A stretch of DNA of 64,000 nt from Rhodospirillales bacterium (GCA_037139955.1 JBAXFK010000001.1:5402-69401); one strand, 5' to 3'; shown: positions 1-12,469, numbered from the stretch's first letter. Made by a program: numbers and translations. Notes: generated by a model from the letters alone, not told the origin.

Positions 1-1701
<1,701 letters not shown>

Positions 1702-1702
1702 G

Positions 1703-2464
1703 TTATCCGCTGGCACTCACTTCACCATTCAATCCGGCGGTCTCCCGCCCCGCGACCGCGATCGGTCCAATTCTCAATCCGGCCAGCCGCCCCGCTTCGA
1801 TTACGAGGGACTCACCCAGCTTTCCCGGTGCGATCGCGACATGCACCACGAAATCTCGTCCGAACAGCCGCCCCATCGCCGCACCGGGCAACGGGTCCAA
1901 CACGGGCATCGCGGACGAAACACCCGATAAAAACCGGGTCCTTTCCGCCATGCTGCCGTCCGATGCCTGCAACACCACACGGGCGCGGTCGGCCTTAAGC
2001 CATTCCCGCGCCTTCTCGAACCCAGCCATGGCCTGACCCGCGCGGCGTGCCAAACCTAACAACTCCGTAATCCGCCGGACCAGCGCTTCCTCAAGCACGG
2101 AAGCAAGGTTCGTAGGGACGGAAACCTGCCCACGCGCCGCTCTCGCGAACGCTCGCACGAGCTGCCGGTGACTATCCGCCTCGGAGCGACCGGGTTCTAA
2201 CACATCCCCGCGAGCACTCAACCATATTCCCCGGCCGGGCAGCCTTGCGGCTAGGTCGGGGACCACGGCATGATCCGGCCCGACAACAAACCGGATCATT
2301 TGCTCTTTCGGCAAACGATCGCGAGTCAGAATGCACCGTCGCAGCGGACCCGCTTCGAGATCGTCGTCGATCTCGTCGCTCTCGGAGGGTTCGAGCTCAG
2401 TCGTGGCCTGCCTCCTCCGCCAGTTCTTCGACCGGCTGCTCGCCGTCGTCGAACCAATGGGCAC
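1703..2464 (-). CDS. YlxR/DUF448-type RNA-binding protein with L7Ae-like C-terminal part (nusA-infB operon protein)
   Basis: 253-aa ORF with the [19 protein letters not shown] motif typical of YlxR. Its stop lies 1 nt before the infB ATG. The GTG start at 2464 would overlap nusA by 68 nt, so the true start is uncertain. Confidence 0.75.
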   Translation of the reverse strand: MPIGSTTASSRSKNWRRRQATTELEPSESDEIDDDLEAGPLRRCILTRDRLPKEQMIRFVVGPDHAVVPDLAARLPGRGIWLSARGDVLEPGRSEADSHRQLVRAFARAARGQVSVPTNLASVLEEALVRRITELLGLARRAGQAMAGFEKAREWLKADRARVVLQASDGSMAERTRFLSGVSSAMPVLDPLPGAAMGRLFGRDFVVHVAIAPGKLGESLVIEAGRLAGLRIGPIAVAGRETAGLNGEVSASG

Positions 2465-3941
2465 GCGCCGCCATGATTACCGCATTGGCGGTTTCTTCGT
2501 CCAACGCTTCGGCGCCCACGATTTCCTGCAACTCGTCGCCAGCCAGATCGGCCAAATCGTCTAGGGACTTCACACCCTTTTCGCCTAATTGCACCAGCAT
2601 CGACGGTGTGAAAATCTCGAACGACGCGACATCGTCGGTCACGCCGAGCGCGATCCGCTTGTCGCTGAGTTCGTTGTCGCGCTGCGTCAGGAACGCTTCG
2701 GCGCGACGGATCAGTTCCTCCGCGACGGAGTCGTCGAACCCTTCGATCGCGGCGACTTCCTCGATCGGGGTGTAGGCAAGTTCCTCGACCGTGTTGAAAC
2801 CTTCGGTCACCAACAAAGCAGCGATCACGTCGTCCACATCCAACGCTTCGACGAACAGACCGGAGCGACGACGGAATTCTTCCTGGCGACGCTCGGATTC
2901 CTCCGCTTCCGTCAGAATATCGATATCCCAGCGAGTCAACTGCGACGCCAAACGCACGTTCTGGCCGCGGCGACCGATGGCAAGCGACAATTGCTCGTCC
3001 GGCACCACAACTTCCACACGACCGGCTTCTTCGTCGAGCACGACCTTCGTCACCTCGGCCGGCGCCAATGCGTTCACCACGAATGTGGCAGCTTGCGGCG
3101 ACCAGGGGATGATGTCGATCTTCTCGCCCTGCAACTCGGCCACCACCGCTTGCACGCGCGACCCGCGCATACCGACGCAGGCGCCGACAGGGTCGATGGA
3201 GCTATCGCGGCTGATTACCGCCATCTTCGCACGGCTACCGGGATCGCGGGAAACCGCTTTGATCTCGATGATACCGTCGTAAATTTCCGGCACTTCCTGC
3301 GCGAACAGCTTAGCCAAAAAGCCGGGATGGGTACGGGACAGGAAGATTTGCGGGCCGCGCGGCTCTTCGCGCACGTCGTAAATATAGGCACGAACGCGAT
3401 CGCCGTTACGGAACGATTCCCGAGGGATCAACTCGTCGCGGCGCAACAGCGCCTCGGCTTTACCGAGTTCGACCATCAGATTGCCGTATTCGGTGCGCTT
3501 CACGACACCGTTGATGACCTCACCCACACGGTCCTTGAACTCGTCGTACTGCTTCTTACGCTCGTATTCTCGCACCCGCTGCACGATCACCTGCTTGGCG
3601 GTCTGCGCGGCGATACGGCCGAAATCGATGGGCGGCAACGGATCGACGATGTGATCGCCGAGCGATTTGTCCGGGAACAGCTTCATCGCGTCCCGCGTCG
3701 ACATCTGGGTTTCTTCGTTCTCGACCGCTTCCACGATCTCGGTCCACCGCGACAAGCGCACGTCGCCGGTCTTGCGATCGATGGTGGCGCGGATGTCTTT
3801 CTCGTGGCCGTACTTCGCTTTACCGGCCTTCTGGATGGCCTGTTCCATAGCTTCGAGCACTTCCTCGCGCTCGATATTTTTTTCCCGAGCGACCGCGTCG
3901 GCGACCAGCAGCAGTTCGGGGCGTGCGATGGCGGTATCCAT
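2397..3941 (-). CDS. nusA: transcription termination/antitermination factor NusA
   Basis: 514-aa ORF ([39 protein letters not shown]...) with an S1/KH region and an acidic C-terminal HhH repeat region. It lies between rimP and infB. Confidence 0.95.
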   Translation of the reverse strand: MDTAIARPELLLVADAVAREKNIEREEVLEAMEQAIQKAGKAKYGHEKDIRATIDRKTGDVRLSRWTEIVEAVENEETQMSTRDAMKLFPDKSLGDHIVDPLPPIDFGRIAAQTAKQVIVQRVREYERKKQYDEFKDRVGEVINGVVKRTEYGNLMVELGKAEALLRRDELIPRESFRNGDRVRAYIYDVREEPRGPQIFLSRTHPGFLAKLFAQEVPEIYDGIIEIKAVSRDPGSRAKMAVISRDSSIDPVGACVGMRGSRVQAVVAELQGEKIDIIPWSPQAATFVVNALAPAEVTKVVLDEEAGRVEVVVPDEQLSLAIGRRGQNVRLASQLTRWDIDILTEAEESERRQEEFRRRSGLFVEALDVDDVIAALLVTEGFNTVEELAYTPIEEVAAIEGFDDSVAEELIRRAEAFLTQRDNELSDKRIALGVTDDVASFEIFTPSMLVQLGEKGVKSLDDLADLAGDELQEIVGAEALDEETANAVIMAARAHWFDDGEQPVEELAEEAGHD

Positions 3942-3951
3942 GGTCGGCCTC

Positions 3952-4476
3952 TTAGTTTGGCAACGGTGATTGAGTCGTAGCGTCGATCAAGGCGTCGGTC
4001 AGTACCAGCTTGGCGCGCCGAATGTCGGCAAGCGGCAAAGCCACTTCCTTGCCGTCGTCCAGCCGCAGACGGGCATGGGTCTCGTCGGCACCCATCACGA
4101 TGCCGGAGAAACGCTTGCGCCCATCGACCGGGAATTGCGTTTCCGCCCGCGCCAGATGGCCGGCGAAACGCACCCAATCCTTCGCCCGCGTTAGCGGCCG
4201 ATCGATCCCGGGCGAGCTGACTTCCAGCGTCCAGGGACCCGGCATCGGGTCGTCCACTTGCAGCATTGTGCTGACTTGGTAGCTGACGGTTTCACAGTCC
4301 TCGACAGCGATAGCGGCTCCGTCGGCGCGATCGATCATGATCTGCACCGTTGGGTTTTGGCGCCCGAGCACGGCAACGCGCACAACTTCGTACCCCATGA
4401 ATTCGAGGGTCGGACCGAAGATCGCGGTCAGCCGAGCTTCGAGGCTCGTATGGTTGGGTTCGGTGTCCAAAAACAA
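3952..4476 (-). CDS. rimP: ribosome maturation factor RimP
   Basis: 174-aa ORF immediately upstream of nusA, with an [12 protein letters not shown] motif. The start in the ORF track is TTG at 4476 and is uncertain. Confidence 0.85.
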   Translation of the reverse strand: MFLDTEPNHTSLEARLTAIFGPTLEFMGYEVVRVAVLGRQNPTVQIMIDRADGAAIAVEDCETVSYQVSTMLQVDDPMPGPWTLEVSSPGIDRPLTRAKDWVRFAGHLARAETQFPVDGRKRFSGIVMGADETHARLRLDDGKEVALPLADIRRAKLVLTDALIDATTQSPLPN

Positions 4477-4502
4477 AAAAAAGGCGGCCGGCGAAGGCCA
4501 CC
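4475..4502 (-). terminator. putative rho-independent terminator downstream of the SDR gene
   Basis: On the minus strand a GC hairpin (4483-4502, GGCC/GGCC core with a 6-nt loop) is followed by a T8 run (plus-strand A8 at 4475-4482). The T tract abuts or overlaps the candidate rimP TTG start. Confidence 0.4.
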
Positions 4503-4628
4503 CCCCTATAGCCAGCGGAGAATGAGTAGGATGCTTATGTAGCTTGGATAGGGGCGTGTTGCAAGGCGTCGTCGCAATCGTGCGGTTGCCCCATGCGCCG
4601 GATCGCTCCGACGCATGGGAGAAGCGCG

Positions 4629-5390
4629 TTAGCCGCCGCCGTTGATCGTCAGCACCGTGCCAGTCGTGTAACCCGACGCCGAGCTGGCGAGGAACGCCAC
4701 AGCGTTGCCGATTTCAGCCGGGAAAGCCGGGCGACCGAACGGCATCGAAGCCGACAACTCGCGCCAACGAGACTCATCGCCCCACTTCTCGTGCGCTTCG
4801 GCCTTGCGCAGCATGATCAGCCGGTCGGTTTCCACCGGGCCGGGGTTGATCGCCACCACCCGCAGACCGTCGGCCGGGGCGCCCTTGCCCAGCGCGCGGG
4901 TGAACGCCATCAACGCGGCATTGCCGGCCGCGCCCGCGATATAGCCGGTGGGGAAGCTTTCGCCCGCCGCGCCGATCACATTGATAATCACACCGGACTT
5001 GCGGGCCTTCATTTGCGCGTACACCACACGGCAGAAGGAGATGTAGCCGAACACCTTCAGATCCCACGCTTGGCGCCACCGCTCGTCGTCGATCGACGAC
5101 ACCGTGCCCGGCGGGATAGCGCCGGCATTGTTCACCAGGATGTCGATATCGCCCGCTTCGGCCGCGACTTTACGCACGGCAGCGTCGGACGAAAGATCCG
5201 CAGCGATGGTACGCACGTTCACCTGACGGGTGGCACGGATGCCGGCCGCCGCTTCGTCCAATAGCGCTTGGTCGCGCGCCACGAGGATGACGTTGCAGCC
5301 CTCGGCCGCCAGTACCTCGGCGGTGGCCCGCCCGATGCCCTTCGATCCGCCGGTGATCAGCGCCGTCTTGCCCGCGAGTTTTAGATCCAT
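4629..5390 (-). CDS. SDR family NAD(P)-dependent oxidoreductase
   Basis: 253-aa ORF with a TGGSKGIG Rossmann motif and an NNAG motif. Length is typical of a classical SDR. Confidence 0.85.
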   Translation of the reverse strand: MDLKLAGKTALITGGSKGIGRATAEVLAAEGCNVILVARDQALLDEAAAGIRATRQVNVRTIAADLSSDAAVRKVAAEAGDIDILVNNAGAIPPGTVSSIDDERWRQAWDLKVFGYISFCRVVYAQMKARKSGVIINVIGAAGESFPTGYIAGAAGNAALMAFTRALGKGAPADGLRVVAINPGPVETDRLIMLRKAEAHEKWGDESRWRELSASMPFGRPAFPAEIGNAVAFLASSASGYTTGTVLTINGGG

Positions 5391-5391
5391 G

Positions 5392-6135
5392 TCATGCAGC
5401 CTTTCTCAAGTTTCCAATACGCGCTCGGCACGCAGCGCCGAACGCTTCGAAGATCGCCACGCTCGCAGGAATTTCCGCGAAGCGCCATTCGGGGTGCCAT
5501 TGCAACCCCAACACGAAGCCGGGTGCGCCGGGATACGAAACGGCCTCGATCGTGCCGTCCTCCGCCAATGCGTCCACCACCAAGCCGGGAGCCGGGCGAT
5601 CGATACACTGGCCGTGTAGGGAGTTCACCACGATCTCGTGCGCACCCACGATGCGCGCAAGGTCCCCGGTGACGGCGACTTTATGCTTCGGTCCGTATTT
5701 TTGGTCCAGAGTCCCGTCGCCGCCGCGATGGTTCATCCGGCCCGGACGTTCGTGCACCCGTTGGATCAACGTGCCGCCGAGGGCAACGTTCAGCTCCTGG
5801 ATACCCCGGCAGATCGCCAGCACCGGAATGCCGCGCGCGACGGCGGCACGGATCAGCGGCAGCGTGGTCGAGTCGCGCTTCGGATCGTGCTTCTCGGGCG
5901 TTTCGCTGTCGCCGCCGTCGTAATGGTCGGGATGCACGTTGCTGGGGCTACCGGGCACCAGCAACCCGTCGATACGATCGAGCAGTTGCAACTGCGCCTC
6001 CCCCACCGGCGGGATCATGATCGGGATACCGCCGACCCCATTCATCACCGCTACCGCGTAGCGGGCCGGGGTCAGGTGCATTTCGCGCTCGTCGATAACG
6101 CGCGCGCAGGCGGGAATGCCGACGACCGGTGTCAT
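5392..6135 (-). CDS. class I glutamine amidotransferase, gamma-glutamyl-GABA hydrolase-like (peptidase C26)
   Basis: Contains the LAICRGIQELNVALGG nucleophile Cys motif and a GLQWHPEW His motif. Start set to the ATG at 6135 (MTPVVGIPAC...); the longer ORF to 6192 would overlap the MFS gene. Confidence 0.8.
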   Translation of the reverse strand: MTPVVGIPACARVIDEREMHLTPARYAVAVMNGVGGIPIMIPPVGEAQLQLLDRIDGLLVPGSPSNVHPDHYDGGDSETPEKHDPKRDSTTLPLIRAAVARGIPVLAICRGIQELNVALGGTLIQRVHERPGRMNHRGGDGTLDQKYGPKHKVAVTGDLARIVGAHEIVVNSLHGQCIDRPAPGLVVDALAEDGTIEAVSYPGAPGFVLGLQWHPEWRFAEIPASVAIFEAFGAACRARIGNLRKAA

Positions 6136-6163
6136 GCTGGGTCTGCTCCATTCGGTTGCAATA

Positions 6164-7363
6164 TTATGACCGGGGCCGCAGGCGATCCGCAATGACCGCG
6201 CCGAGAGTCCCCAGGAACATCAGCGCCGCCATCCCGCGCGGGCTGCCATCGGTCAGCAAGCCCACCAGCAAACCGCTGCTCGCGCCTAAAGAGAACTGGA
6301 ACAGCCCCATCAAAGCCGAGGCACTACCAGCATGCGCCCCGTGCCGCTGCAACGCCCCGACCGAGGCGTTGCCGTTGGCAAAGCCCTGGCAGCTCAGCAC
6401 CACCACCAGCGGGGCGACAATCAGCGGCAGTATATGCACGCCGGAGAATGCGAAAATCAGCAACGTCGAGGTGCCCGCCAGTGCTATGCGGGAGATGACA
6501 GTCAGCATGCGCGATAGCCCGACGCGGGGCAGCAAGCGGGCGTTGATCTGCGAGCCCGCGATCAAGCCGCAGCTGCACAGCCCGAAGATCGCCGCGAAGC
6601 CGGCCGGCGGCAGGCCGAACCCTTGAATGAATACCGGCGCCGATCCGGCCAAATAAGCGAACATGCAGAATCCGCTGCATCCGCCCATGGCGGCATGCGT
6701 GATAAACGTCCGCTCCCGCATAATCAGCGCGTAGCGATCGATCTGTGCTCGGAATCCAAGATGCACCCGCTTTTCCGGCGGTAAGGTCTCGGGCAGGACT
6801 TTCCACGCGAGGAAGCTACACACGGCCCCGTAACATGCCAAAATCGCGAAAATCACCCGCCAATGGGCGAAGCTGAGCACCAAGCTGCCGACAGTCGGTG
6901 CCAAAATCGGCGCCACGCCCATCACCAGCATCAACCGCGACATCATGACCGCAGCACTTTGCCCGGTCGCGAGATCGCGCACCATTGCCCGAGCGATCAC
7001 CATGCCGGAAGACGCGCCGAATGCCGCAACGAAGCGGAAAACCGCCAACAAACCCAAGCTCGGCGTCAGCGCACAGCCCAGCGTCGCAAGGGCGAAGATC
7101 GCAGTGCCCGTCATCAACGGCAGCCGCCGGCCGAAACGATCGGACAGCGTGCCTTGTGTGATCTGCCCGACCGCCAAGCCGGCAAACCAAGCCGCCAACG
7201 TCAATTGCGCGGTGCCGGGCGCGGTGCCGAACGTAGCCTCCACCGCCGGGAACGCGGGCAAATACATATCGGTGGCGGCCGGGCCGACAGCGATGAAGAA
7301 GCCGAGCAGGCGGGGCAGCCAAGCGGGTATCGGAGTGGATGTATGCGGGGACGACGAACTCAT
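6164..7363 (-). CDS. MFS transporter, Bcr/CflA drug-resistance subfamily
   Basis: 399-aa ORF that is hydrophobic throughout (about 12 TM segments). The N-terminal DMYLPAFP and LSDRFGRR motifs are typical of Bcr/CflA. Confidence 0.85.
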   Translation of the reverse strand: MSSSSPHTSTPIPAWLPRLLGFFIAVGPAATDMYLPAFPAVEATFGTAPGTAQLTLAAWFAGLAVGQITQGTLSDRFGRRLPLMTGTAIFALATLGCALTPSLGLLAVFRFVAAFGASSGMVIARAMVRDLATGQSAAVMMSRLMLVMGVAPILAPTVGSLVLSFAHWRVIFAILACYGAVCSFLAWKVLPETLPPEKRVHLGFRAQIDRYALIMRERTFITHAAMGGCSGFCMFAYLAGSAPVFIQGFGLPPAGFAAIFGLCSCGLIAGSQINARLLPRVGLSRMLTVISRIALAGTSTLLIFAFSGVHILPLIVAPLVVVLSCQGFANGNASVGALQRHGAHAGSASALMGLFQFSLGASSGLLVGLLTDGSPRGMAALMFLGTLGAVIADRLRPRS

Positions 7364-7501
7364 GATGCGGATGCCTGACCGAGAAAAGATATGTGGCCGA
7401 CTCCGCCCTTGTTCGCGCTACCATATCCTCGCATAGCAGTTTTTACGAGAGGGTTCGTTGACAAAGCCGCCGGTTGGCCGTAGTTCGCCGGCTCTGCGTG
7501 C

Positions 7502-7587
7502 GGAGGGGTGCCCGAGTGGCTAAAGGGGGCGGACTGTAAATCCGCTGGCGTACGCCTACGTTGGTTCGAATCCAACCCCCTCCACCA
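7502..7587 (+). tRNA. tRNA-Tyr (anticodon GTA), class II with long variable arm, CCA encoded
   Basis: Acceptor stem GGAGGGG/CCCCTCC, anticodon stem-loop GCGGA-CTGTAAA-TCCGC, long variable arm, T arm GTTGG-TTCGAAT-CCAAC, discriminator A plus CCA. Length 86 nt. Confidence 0.95.
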
Positions 7588-7598
7588 GACCTTCCCGG

Positions 7599-8063
7599 CT
7601 ACCGCGCGTCCCCATAACCCTCGGTCGGGTTCAGCGACGCACCCTCGGCTAGCAGGCCGACGCCCGGCACGTGGTTCAGTTCCAACCGTATGCCATCGGG
7701 GTCCTCGAACAGCACCGAATAATAGCCTGGCGCCCAGGCATTCTCATTCGGGCCGCGCACGATCGTCGCATTCATTTCCAGCAGCAGGGCCGCGCAACGG
7801 TCCACGTCGTCCCGTGTGCGGGCACGGATACATATGTGGTGCAATCCGACCCGAGCCTGGACGAAGCGCTCGGCTGCGTGGATGGGGTCGCAGGGTTCGA
7901 TGCCGATCGCGGTGCGGCCGCCGACCCAGTAGCAGAACTTATCGCCGTCGAAGACCGGCTTCATGCCCATGGCGGTGCACAGCCGCCCGTAGAAAGTGCG
8001 GGCAGCCTCGAATTGGCTCACGGTAAGGATAACGTGTGCCATGCCGTTTATATCGATATTCAA
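7599..8063 (-). CDS. VOC (glyoxalase/bleomycin resistance/dioxygenase) family protein
   Basis: 154-aa ORF with the patterns MAHVILTV..., GLHHICIRA and FEDPDGIRLEL typical of VOC folds. Confidence 0.7.
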   Translation of the reverse strand: MNIDINGMAHVILTVSQFEAARTFYGRLCTAMGMKPVFDGDKFCYWVGGRTAIGIEPCDPIHAAERFVQARVGLHHICIRARTRDDVDRCAALLLEMNATIVRGPNENAWAPGYYSVLFEDPDGIRLELNHVPGVGLLAEGASLNPTEGYGDAR

Positions 8064-8142
8064 CCCAAAGAACTCCTCTTGCCGTCGCGGCGGGAACGGA
8101 CGCAGTATCCGCTATTCCGCCCGAAAAACAGGAGAAGCCAAG

Positions 8143-8691
8143 ATGACCGAAAGAAGCAAAGGCAAAATCCGCCACTTCGCGTTCAGCGTGAAAGACCCGT
8201 GGGAAACTGCGGAATTCTACAAGGATGTCATGGGGTTGGAGGAAGTGTCCGAACTCGACGGACCGCTGGCCGAGGGTATTTTCCTGACCGACGGCGTGGT
8301 CAACCTCGCCTTGTTGCATTTCAAGGACGAAGAAGCGTCGCAGGGATTCGGCACCGAATATGTCGGCTTGCACCACATCGGCTTCTGGGTAGACGACGTG
8401 ATCCAGTCCTCGAAACAAGCGACCGAGGCCGGGGCGAAATGGATGATGGGCGACGTCAACAACCCGCATGGCTACGAAGTGAAGCACTGGGATCTGAGCG
8501 GGATCGTGTTCGACGTGGCCGAACACGGCTGGGCCGGCGCGCAGAAAAACCCTGGGGAGGCCGACAACCAAATCCACCCCAATCCGCACCGCCGCCTGCC
8601 GCAGTTCGACGAACGCCGGGACGCCGCGCAGAAAGCGCATCGAGCACGCAAGGCCGCACAGGCCCAGGTTCTGGCGCAAGCAGCGGAGTGA
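8143..8691 (+). CDS. VOC family protein with basic/Ala-rich C-terminal tail
   Basis: ATG at 8143 is preceded by GGAGAAG. The protein shows IRHFAFSVKDPWETAEFY and GLHHIGFWVDD motifs. It is divergent from the other VOC gene. Confidence 0.7.
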   Translation: MTERSKGKIRHFAFSVKDPWETAEFYKDVMGLEEVSELDGPLAEGIFLTDGVVNLALLHFKDEEASQGFGTEYVGLHHIGFWVDDVIQSSKQATEAGAKWMMGDVNNPHGYEVKHWDLSGIVFDVAEHGWAGAQKNPGEADNQIHPNPHRRLPQFDERRDAAQKAHRARKAAQAQVLAQAAE

Positions 8692-8741
8692 CCGACGGTC
8701 CCGATGGCGGGTGAAGGCCGGTCATCGCGCCGATGTTTGCG

Positions 8742-9428
8742 CTATCGTCCGATTCCGAAAATCCGGCCGATCCGGGCAAGGTAGGCTTTGATCACGACCC
8801 ACATGACGCTCCCCGCAGATATTGCCGGGGCGGATGCGGGCGGCGGTGGCATAGCAGGCCGAGCGGACGCGGTTGGGCGAACGTCCGGTGCGGGGACTGC
8901 CGGTGCATCTGCCTGCGGTTCCTGCGCAACGGGGGCTGGAGCGGGTTCGGCCACCGGCTCCTCGACCGGTTCGTCTTTGGAAAACTCCGCTGCGGCGCGT
9001 TTGGCGAAATCGGCCATGATCATGTTGGCGACCGCGATCCCGCCCGTACGAGCGAAATCGGCCAAAACGCCACCTAACTCCGCATCCGATACGACTTTCA
9101 CCAGCGTCGCGGGTTTTTCCGCAGCCGGATCGTCCCGTAGCGCGAACGACACTTTCACCCCGATGCGTGCAGCCCGCATGTCGGCGGCGCCGCGTCCGTG
9201 CACGGTGCCGGTCAGATTGTCGAAGTCGAAATTGACCGTGGCCTTACCGCTGAACTTAATTTTCTTGGGTCCGAACGACACGACCATGCCGCCCGGCCAG
9301 CTTCCGTCTTCGTTCTGCGCCTCCAACACCGCGCCTGGCATGCACGTCGTCATGCGCGGAACGTCGGCGAACCGGCGGATGACATCCGCCGGCTTGCCTG
9401 GAACGCTAAACTCGCCTTCGAAATGCAT
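8742..9428 (-). CDS. SRPBCC family protein, CoxG-like, with Pro/Ala linker and C-terminal hydrophobic anchor
   Basis: 228-aa ORF whose N-terminal ~150 aa resemble carbon monoxide dehydrogenase subunit G (MHFEGEFSVPGKPADV...KIKFSGKATV). It lies directly downstream of the TPP enzyme. Confidence 0.6.
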   Translation of the reverse strand: MHFEGEFSVPGKPADVIRRFADVPRMTTCMPGAVLEAQNEDGSWPGGMVVSFGPKKIKFSGKATVNFDFDNLTGTVHGRGAADMRAARIGVKVSFALRDDPAAEKPATLVKVVSDAELGGVLADFARTGGIAVANMIMADFAKRAAAEFSKDEPVEEPVAEPAPAPVAQEPQADAPAVPAPDVRPTASARPAMPPPPASAPAISAGSVMWVVIKAYLARIGRIFGIGR

Positions 9429-9434
9429 TTTCGA

Positions 9435-11105
9435 CTATGCCGGCTGACGCAGCAGCGGGGCGGTGCTGGGAATGCCGTGGTAGACTTTGGCATACGGATC
9501 GGTCGGGGTGGTGGACGATACCCTAGCGTCGATCAGGTATAGACCGCCCTTGGCGAGGCCGGTCGCAACCGCGCCGCCGATCTGCTCGACCGTATCCAGC
9601 TTCACCCCGTCGCCGCCGAACGCTTTGGCCAGTGCCACGAAGTCCGGCGATTCCCATTGCGCGAGTTTCTCGTTGAAGCCCTTGGCTGTCAGCTTATGCA
9701 CTTCCGCGCCGTAGCCTTCGTCGTTCCACACGACCAGGGTAATGTTCAGCTTCTCGCGGACGATGGTTTCCAGCTCCTGGATGTTAAACATCATGGAGCC
9801 ATCGCCCTCGATCGCGACATGCTGGCGGCCGGGATTACCGACCGATGTGCCGACCATGACGCCCAAGCCCTGCCCGACCGCGCCGAAATTATAGGAGAAC
9901 TGGATCTCCGACCCAGCCGGCAACGGCATGTACATCGCGATCCAAGAGAAGAAGTGCCCGGCGCCGCAGGTAACCAGCGCGCCCTTCGGGATCGCCGCAC
10001 CCAGCTTGTTTGCCAGCGGCCGCGGGTCCAGCCCATCGGTCGGCGGCGTAAACACATGGTCCGGCGCGTCCAGGATCGCTCGGGTATCGGGACTACGAAA
10101 GCCAGTCTTGCGGACCTGCCGCGCTTCCAGCGCCTCATTGATGGCAGCGATCGCCTTCTTTGCGTCGGCTTGCACGTAAAGGCCGGGAATGACCCCGATC
10201 TGATCCGGCATCGGGCGAATGTCGATACGCGCGACCTCGGCCGACGGATACATCAGCCCGCCTTCCGTCGTGTAGTAACCGAGTTCTGCGCCCACCCCGA
10301 GGACGAAATCCGCATCGGCGAGCAGGCGTTCGGCGGGTTCGGCGGCGAACGCACCGGAAATGCCGACGTTCCACTCATGGCCCGCGAAAAGGCCCTTGCC
10401 TTGCAACGACGTCGCCAGCAGCGCGCCGGTACGGTCGGCGAGCGCAATCATCTCGTCCCTGGCACCGGCCATAATGGCGCCGCGACCGCCCAGAATCACG
10501 GGACGTTCGGCGGCGATCAGCTTCTCGATCACTTCGGCCAGAATATCCGGCGCCGGGGTTTCCATACGCTTGGGCAGAAATTGCCAGGACGGGCGATAAT
10601 CGTAGTCCCAGTCGATCTCTTCTTCCTGCAAGCCCATCGGCAAGTTCAACAGAACCGGGCAACGATGCACGCGCGCGGCGTAAAACGCCTCAGCGATTTC
10701 TTCCGCCATGTTGTCGGCGGACGTGACGGTGTGGAAGCGGGTGTTGCAAGCCTCGGCGAAGCGCTTCTGATCCATCGACTGGGTGTTGTTTTTCGAGCCC
10801 GGTTGGATTTCGCCCGCGATCATCACGACCGGGGTCTTGCCGCGATAGGCCGCGATCATGGACGTGCCGCATTGGGTGATGCCGGGGCCGCAGGTGACCA
10901 TGCAGACGCCGACTTTGCCCGTGGTGCGCGCGTAACCGTCGGCCGCAGACACGGACATCGACTCATGCCGCAGCGAGTAGCCGCGCACTTTCGGGTCGCG
11001 GCAAATCGCGCCCCAGAGCCACATATTGCCGTCGCCCATCAAGCCGAAGAAATCCGTCACGCCTTCGGCGATCAGGGATTGCGCGATAGCCTCGTAGACC
11101 TTCAT
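9435..11105 (-). CDS. thiamine pyrophosphate-binding enzyme (acetolactate synthase-like family)
   Basis: Start set at the ATG at 11105 (MKVYEAIAQSLIAEGV...). It has the TPP motif IEGDGSMMFNIQELE...VVWNDEGYG and a three-domain length (556 aa). Confidence 0.85.
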   Translation of the reverse strand: MKVYEAIAQSLIAEGVTDFFGLMGDGNMWLWGAICRDPKVRGYSLRHESMSVSAADGYARTTGKVGVCMVTCGPGITQCGTSMIAAYRGKTPVVMIAGEIQPGSKNNTQSMDQKRFAEACNTRFHTVTSADNMAEEIAEAFYAARVHRCPVLLNLPMGLQEEEIDWDYDYRPSWQFLPKRMETPAPDILAEVIEKLIAAERPVILGGRGAIMAGARDEMIALADRTGALLATSLQGKGLFAGHEWNVGISGAFAAEPAERLLADADFVLGVGAELGYYTTEGGLMYPSAEVARIDIRPMPDQIGVIPGLYVQADAKKAIAAINEALEARQVRKTGFRSPDTRAILDAPDHVFTPPTDGLDPRPLANKLGAAIPKGALVTCGAGHFFSWIAMYMPLPAGSEIQFSYNFGAVGQGLGVMVGTSVGNPGRQHVAIEGDGSMMFNIQELETIVREKLNITLVVWNDEGYGAEVHKLTAKGFNEKLAQWESPDFVALAKAFGGDGVKLDTVEQIGGAVATGLAKGGLYLIDARVSSTTPTDPYAKVYHGIPSTAPLLRQPA

Positions 11106-11203
11106 GTTGGTTCGTCCCCCGGGGTGCGGTTGCGTTAGCCTGTCATCCCCTTGCCCGGCGTTCCGGTCAAGGGTCGGGCGTCGAGCGATCGCTTGTTTTG
11201 CCG

Positions 11204-12136
11204 CTATCCTTGTTCGTGCGCTTCGATATCCCGGCCGATCGCGAAAAGCTGTTCGCGAAACCATTTTGCGCCCGGTTCGGCATCGGATACGCCGCCCCAA
11301 AACAACTCGGAATTCCAAGGGGGCAATGCAACCGGGGGCGGCAAGACTCGCAAATCTCCGCCGATAATCAGCAGATCTGCGATCCGGCGGGGTAGATGCC
11401 CGATCATATCGGTACGCGCGACGATATGCGGCACCAGATGAAAATCCGACACCGTCGCCGCCACCCGCCGGCGTAGACCTTGCTTCGCCAGAACCTCATC
11501 CACGATGCCGCGATCATCCGCCGCCAGCGTGACCAACACGTGCGGGGCGGCGACATAGGCATCGAGCGATAGCGTGCCATCCGCGTTTAGCAGCGGATGG
11601 TCCTTTCGTACGACACATAAATATCCATCGGTATATAAAGGCCGTGAGCGTATCCGCTTCGGCACGTTACGAAACGATCCGATCAGCAGATCGATTTCGC
11701 CGCGATCGACGGAATCGAACGCATCCCGTTTATCCAAGGCGAAAATCCGCACATCGACATGCGGTGCCTTATCGCGCAGAATCTCTAGAAACCGAGGCAG
11801 CACCATCGTGGCGGGATGATCGCTGGTGGCGATACGATAGACCGCCCGCGCCCGCGCCGGATCGAACGATGTTTCAGAATCGAACACCTGCCGCACCCGG
11901 GCAAGCACATCGCTGACGGCGTGATTCAACGCCACCGCCTTATCGGTCGGACGCATCGACGCGCCGGGAACGCGGACCAGCAATTCATCCTTGAATGTCA
12001 GGCGCAATCGCCCGAGCGCCGCGCTCATGGCCGGCTGCCCAAGTCCAAGCCGCTGACCTGCTCGGGTAACATTGCGCTCACCGATCAGCGCTTCGAAGGC
12101 CACGAGAAGATTGAGGTCGATCGCCGCGAGATTCAT
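11204..12136 (-). CDS. LysR family transcriptional regulator
   Basis: 310-aa ORF with an N-terminal wHTH (MNLAAIDLNLLVAFEALIGERNVTRAGQRLGLGQPAMSAAL) and a substrate-binding domain. Confidence 0.9.
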   Translation of the reverse strand: MNLAAIDLNLLVAFEALIGERNVTRAGQRLGLGQPAMSAALGRLRLTFKDELLVRVPGASMRPTDKAVALNHAVSDVLARVRQVFDSETSFDPARARAVYRIATSDHPATMVLPRFLEILRDKAPHVDVRIFALDKRDAFDSVDRGEIDLLIGSFRNVPKRIRSRPLYTDGYLCVVRKDHPLLNADGTLSLDAYVAAPHVLVTLAADDRGIVDEVLAKQGLRRRVAATVSDFHLVPHIVARTDMIGHLPRRIADLLIIGGDLRVLPPPVALPPWNSELFWGGVSDAEPGAKWFREQLFAIGRDIEAHEQG

Positions 12137-12259
12137 AGACGCGCCTTATCATCGATTTTTACGATATACAGAATATCGATTATCGATTTCTACAATGTCA
12201 ACGCCCGTTCCATATTCCTTGCAGCGACGGCAATCGGCCGCCGAGCAGGAGTTCAGACC
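12137..12259. promoter_or_regulatory. divergent promoter/operator region between the LysR regulator and the DUF1127 gene
   Basis: AT-rich spacer with dyads ATCGATTTTTACGAT (12151-12165, T-N11-A-like) and ATCGATTATCGAT (12175-12187). Confidence 0.3.
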
Positions 12260-12469
12260 ATGTCAGCGACAACATTTTCGCACTGCGCGCCGTCCACGAG
12301 CTTGCGGTTCGGCGTGCCCCATTTCCTCGCGATCTGGGTGCAGCGCGTGCGGCAGCGGGCACAAGATCGGGATGCGCTTCAGTATATGTCCGATCGCGAT
12401 CTGATGGACATCAACGCCAGCCGGTACGAGGTCGTGCGCGAGATCGCGAAGCCGTTCTGGAGGGGTTGA
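12260..12469 (+). CDS. DUF1127 domain-containing small protein
   Basis: 69-aa internal ATG ORF. The C-terminal DALQYMSDRDLMDINASRYEV pattern is typical of DUF1127 (the LxDIG/LxDIN region). Confidence 0.6.
   Translation: MSATTFSHCAPSTSLRFGVPHFLAIWVQRVRQRAQDRDALQYMSDRDLMDINASRYEVVREIAKPFWRG

Noticed and set aside
2589-3980. 463-aa plus-strand ORF
   Set aside because: It is an antisense shadow of nusA with no recognisable motifs.
9657-11138. 493-aa plus-strand ORF
   Set aside because: It is an antisense shadow of the TPP-dependent enzyme gene, which has a clear GDG...N TPP motif on the minus strand.
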